64,000 bases of DNA from an uncultured Candidatus Binatia bacterium (GTDB lineage Bacteria > Desulfobacterota > Binatia > UBA9968 > CAXXLF01), in NCBI GenBank assembly GCA_965218425.1, contig OZ244621.1, forward strand, positions 4,192,001 to 4,256,000, read 5' to 3'. This document shows, one piece after another, positions 59,039 to 64,000 of this stretch. Each line of letters begins with the position of its first letter. Position 1 is the stretch's first letter. The translations under genes were made by a program, and so were the position numbers. The notes beneath the pieces were generated by a model, which was given only the letters and a program-made list of their open reading frames with translations, did no database searches and was not told the DNA's origin.

Positions 59039-60046
59039 TCAAAACCACTCGGCAAAGCCCATTGCACAGCCGTTGCCGGCTTCGGTTCGATAGCATGGCA
59101 CGTAGTCGACAATCTTTGGCTCGAGGTCCGTCCCAGACATGGCCCCAGCCAGGGCAACCCAGTTCTTGATTTCAGAAGTCCCGGCCCGGAACCGAACATC
59201 CGGGTAGTCCGTGAGCTTCCCAAAGTCGTCGTTTTGCAAGCCCTCAAGGATACGTGTGTCTAGCTCTTCCTCGATAACCGTGTGGCTGAGGCCGCCGGAG
59301 GCGAAGATCGCCACCCGTTTTTTGTTATCCCAGGCCTCGATGGCTTGACGCACCGTCCGGCCCAACTTGTAGCAACGCCGGGCGGTGGGCACATTGGGCG
59401 GATAGTAAGTGTTCACCAGCACCGGAACGTGCGGGATCGTGTTGTTGTTCATCAACCTGCGATAGATGTAGTAAAAGGCATGCCCGATGGCGCCATCGAG
59501 GCGCCCCCCCTGGAACACGTTGGTGCGTGTCACGTCGAACTCGTCGGCGGTGAGCGCCTCGATGAGGTACTGGCCCAGCTCCGCCTCAGCCGGATAACTC
59601 CGGCGGTCTGGCGGAGCGTTGTCGATCCTGGGGTCACGGACAGCAGGCCGCCCGCCATATCTTCCCCGGTCTTGACGCGGAGCGTCATCAACGGTTTTGC
59701 CGTGGTAAACGGCGATGGGCGGCATGTTATTGTCGCCGAAGACCTCGTGCTGGTCGTCACCGAAAATGATGCATACGTCGGGGGTAATGCGGCGCAGGGT
59801 TTCACTGAGACGCGCGATTGATTTCTGGCAAGATTCGAAACGTGCCCGGAATTTCTCGTCGGTGCACTCCCTTTCGAAGTGTTCCCCGGCGCGGGCCTCC
59901 ACCAGTTCCGGGAAAGAGTACGTTTTCCCTCGGAACCAGTGTTCCGGCTGAGACCGCGAACGATCACCGTATACTCGCCAATTTTCGGGAGGCATGGCGA
60001 GCTGCGGCGCATGGGACGAGCCAATACCCAATATAATTTTGGCCAT
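59039..60046 (-). CDS. Extradiol ring-cleavage dioxygenase, LigB-like (class III)
   Basis: SSHAP, GDDQHE, GHAF, ASGGLSH, GTSEIKNW. Confidence 0.88.
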   Translation of the reverse strand: MAKIILGIGSSHAPQLAMPPENWRVYGDRSRSQPEHWFRGKTYSFPELVEARAGEHFERECTDEKFRARFESCQKSIARLSETLRRITPDVCIIFGDDQHEVFGDNNMPPIAVYHGKTVDDAPRQDRGRYGGRPAVRDPRIDNAPPDRRSYPAEAELGQYLIEALTADEFDVTRTNVFQGGRLDGAIGHAFYYIYRRLMNNNTIPHVPVLVNTYYPPNVPTARRCYKLGRTVRQAIEAWDNKKRVAIFASGGLSHTVIEEELDTRILEGLQNDDFGKLTDYPDVRFRAGTSEIKNWVALAGAMSGTDLEPKIVDYVPCYRTEAGNGCAMGFAEWF

Positions 60047-60124
60047 GTGGTTTAACCTCCATCGGGCGTACGACCGCCCGGTTTGGGGACCCTGTTACCC
60101 TAACTAATCTTTTGATCGGCAGGC

Positions 60125-60153
60125 ATCATATGCCCGGTGAGGTGGCTTGTCAA
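60125..60153 (-). promoter_or_regulatory. Putative sigma70 promoter
   Basis: TTGACA-17 bp-TATGAT upstream of the LigB-like gene. Confidence 0.65.
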
Positions 60154-60305
60154 TTGCGGGTAGGGTACGTAGCGGGGGCAGCCGCCCTCCCTTGTTCCGA
60201 GAAATTCGCTGAAAACTGATAGCTGACGGCTTATAACTAACTACGCCTTACTCTCTAACCTATGCACGATTGCTGTCTGAACCCAGGCAGAAGTTGTTTT
60301 TTTTA

Positions 60306-60761
60306 CTATGACTCCGCTCTCATGCTAACACGGCCACCGAGAGCGCGGGCAATAAGAGCCGCCGTCACTACAAAGACAACGATCAGTGCACCGACAACCG
60401 TTGCCTTTTCAAACTGGCCTTCTGTAGCGAATTCCAGCATCAGCAAGGAAAGCGTCCTAGTCTGGCCGGTTGCCAGAAGCACGATGGTACTGATATCTCG
60501 AGCTGCAGAAATAAACACTAGCAATCCAACAGTAATCAGAGCTGGGAAAAGCAACGGCAACAAGATGCGAAAGTAAGTAGAAAACCATGAAGCGCCCGAC
60601 ACTACCGATGCTTCCTCTAATTCGCGGCTTAGCTGTAGCATGATGCTTTTAATGACCTGTGTTCCTATGGGCATACTTTTAATAACCATGGCGATGATCA
60701 GAATATAAATCGTTCCATAGATGGGGATAAAAATTTTTGTGCCAAGAAAGGTCCAGAGGAG
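60306..60761 (-). pseudogene. ABC permease, C-terminal fragment (IS-interrupted)
   Basis: LLWTFLG...LEEASVVSGA...; begins exactly at the IS end. Confidence 0.88.
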
Positions 60762-60790
60762 TGACCTGCCCCCAGGAGTGGTACCACCCT

Positions 60791-61699
60791 TTAAGTTAGA
60801 GCCGGAATTATCTGGAGTCCAGCCCATGGGGATGAATTCCCAGCCTGCGCTCTGGGCAGAAAGGCCTCCGGTGCCGGAGAACGATAGCCCAGGGCGCTGT
60901 GAGGCCGCCGCTGGTTATACTCTCTTCTCCATCTTTCGATCAGCACCTGAGCTTCCCTCAGGGTTTCAAACACCTCCCGGTTGAGCAGCTCATCCCTGAG
61001 TTTTCCGTTAAAACTCTCCACGTAGCCATTCTCCCAAGGACTGCCAGGCTCGATGTAGAGTGTCCTGACACCAATGGCCTTGAGCCAGTCCCGGATAGCC
61101 TGAGCCGTAAACTCGGGGCCATTGTCGGACCGAAGGGACTGCGGCACGCCCCGTTCCACGAATAGCTCCGCTAACCGTTCCAGCACATCCCGGTGATTCA
61201 TCCGTCTGGCCACATCAATCGCCAAGCACTCCCGGGTGTATTCATCCAGGATGCTCAACAGCCGAAAGGCCCGACCGTCTTCGGTTCGCTCGTGCACGAA
61301 GTCATAACTCCACACATGGTTTCGATGCGCCGGTCTCAGGCGAATGCAGGAGCCATCAGTCAACCGGAGCCTCCCTCGCTTAGGCTGACGGCTGAGGACT
61401 TTCAGCCCTTCCTGCCTCCAGAGCCTCTCCACTCGCTTGTGGTTGACCTTCCACCCCTCCCCACGCAGCATGGCCGTAATCCTCCGGTAGCCGTATCGCC
61501 CGTATTCGCTGGCCAGCTCCATCATCCGAGCCACTAGTCTTGCTTCCTCTTCCGGGATCTCTCGGACTCTTCGTTGCGTCGATCGCGGCTGTCCCAACAC
61601 TTGGCAAGCCCGGCGTTCGGAGACTCGATCAGGTCCCAATCTTTCTCTGGCCCATATCACCGCTCGTCTCCTCTTCGCCGGGCCTAGAAGTTTCCCGAG
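60791..61699 (-). CDS. IS3 transposase OrfB
   Basis: [35 protein letters not shown]. Confidence 0.92.
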   Translation of the reverse strand, partial: LGKLLGPAKRRRAVIWARERLGPDRVSERRACQVLGQPRSTQRRVREIPEEEARLVARMMELASEYGRYGYRRITAMLRGEGWKVNHKRVERLWRQEGLKVLSRQPKRGRLRLTDGSCIRLRPAHRNHVWSYDFVHERTEDGRAFRLLSILDEYTRECLAIDVARRMNHRDVLERLAELFVERGVPQSLRSDNGPEFTAQAIRDWLKAIGVRTLYIEPGSPWENGYVESFNGKLRDELLNREVFETLREAQVLIERWRREYNQRRPHSALGYRSPAPEAFLPRAQAGNSSPWAGLQIIPALT

Positions 61700-61962
61700 G
61701 ACACTTCCTTCAGGATCTGGTTGTCCAGCGATAGATCCGCCACCAGCTTCTTCAACCGCGCATTCTCCTTGTCCAAGGCCTTGAGCCTCTTGGCCTGATC
61801 CATCTTCAGGCCTCCATATTCCTTCCTCCACCGGTAGTAGGTCTGCACGGTTACCCCCACCTGCTTGCACACCTGGCCCACCGCCTTCCCTTGGGCCAAG
61901 CTCACCTCCGCCTCACGCAGCTTGAGGATAATCTGCTCGGCCGTAAATCGCTTTCTTGCCAT
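61684..61962 (-). CDS. IS3 transposase OrfA
   Basis: [10 protein letters not shown]...[11 protein letters not shown]...[12 protein letters not shown]. Confidence 0.92.
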   Translation of the reverse strand: MARKRFTAEQIILKLREAEVSLAQGKAVGQVCKQVGVTVQTYYRWRKEYGGLKMDQAKRLKALDKENARLKKLVADLSLDNQILKEVSSGNF

Positions 61963-62029
61963 CCTTGCCTCCTTCCTAAAATCAAAATCCCTAACATTTC
62001 ACCTGGACTCGTTTTAGGGGGCAAGGTCA

Positions 62030-62946
62030 GTTGGGACAGCCGTTATCATCAATGCCAGTAACAGTACTAAAACAAATACAAGGCCCTTCCATCGGCCCAG
62101 TGGAGTAAGGCGATTGTTGAAGCCGCGACCAGATACAGTCGTGTATTCCTTGCGCTTAAGAACAAATCGTTGAAAGGTCACCAGAAGCAGCAGAACCACT
62201 AGAAAAGTAGAACTCAAGGCCATGGCCGGAGGATATTCCGCCGGTTCCGAAATGACCAGGTCGTGAATCTTTGTAGAAAAAACATGGAGATCAATCGGTA
62301 CCCCCAGGAGCAGCTCGATTTCAAATGCCTCTAGGGAACGGATAAGTCCCAAAATCGTAGCGACCAGAATCGCCGGCATCATGATTGGGGTAATGATACG
62401 AATGAGTGTGCCTACCGCACTCGCACCAGAGACCCGGGAAGATTCCTCCAAGGCCGCATCCATATTTCTAAAGGCAGGCGCCAGGAGCAATACCTTGACT
62501 CCGATGGTCGAAACGGCAAGATGCACCCAGACAATTCCCCAAAACGAATAAATATTAAACGGCGGCTCGCTGATAAAGGGAAGCTTAAGCAGCCACGCAT
62601 TCACCAAGCCGAACTTTGGGTCGAGCAAGAGTATCCATCCCATAGTCACCGGTAGGGCGGGGAGAAAAAAGGAAAGCCAGAACATGAATTCAAGGGGGCC
62701 CCTAAGAGGTATATCCGTCCGTGCAAGCAACCAGGAGAGCACGATACCTAGGATTAGGGCAATGAACTGGCGGGTCAGTGCCAAGGAAAAAGTATTATAG
62801 ATAGCAGATAGTATGCCTGGTGAGCCGAACGCCTCTTCCCATCCTTGAAAACCATAAACCATGGACTCGCCTGGTTTTGAGATCTGAAAACTGTTTAGGA
62901 TCATCAAAAAGAGGGGAACTAGAACTACAAATGCGACTAGTCCCAG
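62030..62946 (-). pseudogene. ABC permease, N-terminal/central fragment between two IS copies
   Basis: LGLVAFVVLVPL...LARTD...LEESSRVSGA...ITAVPT; bounded by IS ends on both sides. Confidence 0.88.
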
Positions 62947-63013
62947 TGACCTTGCCCCCTAAAACGAGTCCAGGTGAAATGTTAGGGATTTTGATTTTAG
63001 GAAGGAGGCAAGG

Positions 63014-63292
63014 ATGGCAAGAAAGCGATTTACGGCCGAGCAGATTATCCTCAAGCTGCGTGAGGCGGAGGTGAGCTTGGCCCAAGGGAAGGCGGTGGGC
63101 CAGGTGTGCAAGCAGGTGGGGGTAACCGTGCAGACCTACTACCGGTGGAGGAAGGAATATGGAGGCCTGAAGATGGATCAGGCCAAGAGGCTCAAGGCCT
63201 TGGACAAGGAGAATGCGCGGTTGAAGAAGCTGGTGGCGGATCTATCGCTGGACAACCAGATCCTGAAGGAAGTGTCCTCGGGAAACTTCTAG
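63014..63292 (+). CDS. IS3 transposase OrfA
   Basis: Identical translation to 61684-61962. Confidence 0.92.
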   Translation: MARKRFTAEQIILKLREAEVSLAQGKAVGQVCKQVGVTVQTYYRWRKEYGGLKMDQAKRLKALDKENARLKKLVADLSLDNQILKEVSSGNF

Positions 63293-64000
63293 GCCCGGCG
63301 AAGAGGAGACGAGCGGTGATATGGGCCAGAGAAAGATTGGGACCTGATCGAGTCTCCGAACGCCGGGCTTGCCAAGTGTTGGGACAGCCGCGATCGACGC
63401 AACGAAGAGTCCGAGAGATCCCGGAAGAGGAAGCAAGACTAGTGGCTCGGATGATGGAGCTGGCCAGCGAATACGGGCGATACGGCTACCGGAGGATTAC
63501 GGCCATGCTGCGTGGGGAGGGGTGGAAGGTCAACCACAAGCGAGTGGAGAGGCTCTGGAGGCAGGAAGGGCTGAAAGTCCTCAGCCGTCAGCCTAAGCGA
63601 GGGAGGCTCCGGTTGACTGATGGCTCCTGCATTCGCCTGAGACCGGCGCATCGAAACCATGTGTGGAGTTATGACTTCGTGCACGAGCGAACCGAAGACG
63701 GTCGGGCCTTTCGGCTGTTGAGCATCCTGGATGAATACACCCGGGAGTGCTTGGCGATTGATGTGGCCAGACGGATGAATCACCGGGATGTGCTGGAACG
63801 GTTAGCGGAGCTATTCGTGGAACGGGGCGTGCCGCAGTCCCTTCGGTCCGACAATGGCCCCGAGTTTACGGCTCAGGCTATCCGGGACTGGCTCAAGGCC
63901 ATTGGTGTCAGGACACTCTACATCGAGCCTGGCAGTCCTTGGGAGAATGGCTACGTGGAGAGTTTTAACGGAAAACTCAGGGATGAGCTGCTCAACCGGG
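63277..64000 (+). CDS. IS3 transposase OrfB (partial)
   Basis: Mirror of copy 1 OrfB; runs off the window. Confidence 0.9.

Larger units (their letters stand above)
60762..62029 (-). mobile_element. IS3 family insertion sequence (IS407-like), copy 1
   Basis: IRs TGACCTGCCCCC / TGACCTTGCCCCC; G-GGA-AAC slippery site at 61690-61696; no matching target duplication. Confidence 0.93.
62947..64000 (+). mobile_element. IS3 family insertion sequence (IS407-like), copy 2, cut by the window end
   Basis: Begins TGACCTTGCCCCCTAAAACG; translated ORFs identical to copy 1, opposite orientation. Confidence 0.93.

Noticed and set aside
62030..62946. IS-mediated inversion of the central permease fragment
   Set aside because: The fragment has the same orientation as the C-terminal fragment at 60306-60761

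Overview
A 64-kb accessory-type bacterial region devoted almost entirely to solute uptake and small-molecule catabolism; its gene-family profile resembles uncultured deltaproteobacteria-like lineages such as Binatia, but that is inference only. It holds 8 amidohydrolase-2 paralogs (1 broken), 5 Fe/thiamine-class ABC binding proteins (1 frameshifted), 3 fused ABC permeases (1 destroyed by IS insertions) plus a permease fragment, one stand-alone ABC ATPase, and 3 TctC binding proteins with 2 TctA/TctB pairs. Catabolic enzymes include 2 ornithine-cyclodeaminase-like proteins, SDRs, a UbiD decarboxylase divergent from a Rieske oxygenase, a LigB-type dioxygenase, an LLM oxidoreductase, a flavocytochrome-c-like flavoprotein and a GH63 hydrolase. 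RNase D and a voltage-gated ion channel with a TLEGW filter are also present. Four insertion sequences occur: one ISNCY-like element, one IS51-like IS3 and two apparently identical IS407-like IS3 copies. Several pseudogenes and gene remnants are present. The least explained features are (i) intergenic mosaics of several degenerate 6-7-bp repeat families that are always pyrimidine-rich on the + strand, (ii) a 34-bp promoter duplicated in front of two unrelated enzyme genes, and (iii) a twice-repeated oxidoreductase/cyclodeaminase/amidohydrolase module. No rRNA, tRNA or CRISPR array was recognised. All product calls come from motif recognition; no searches were run.
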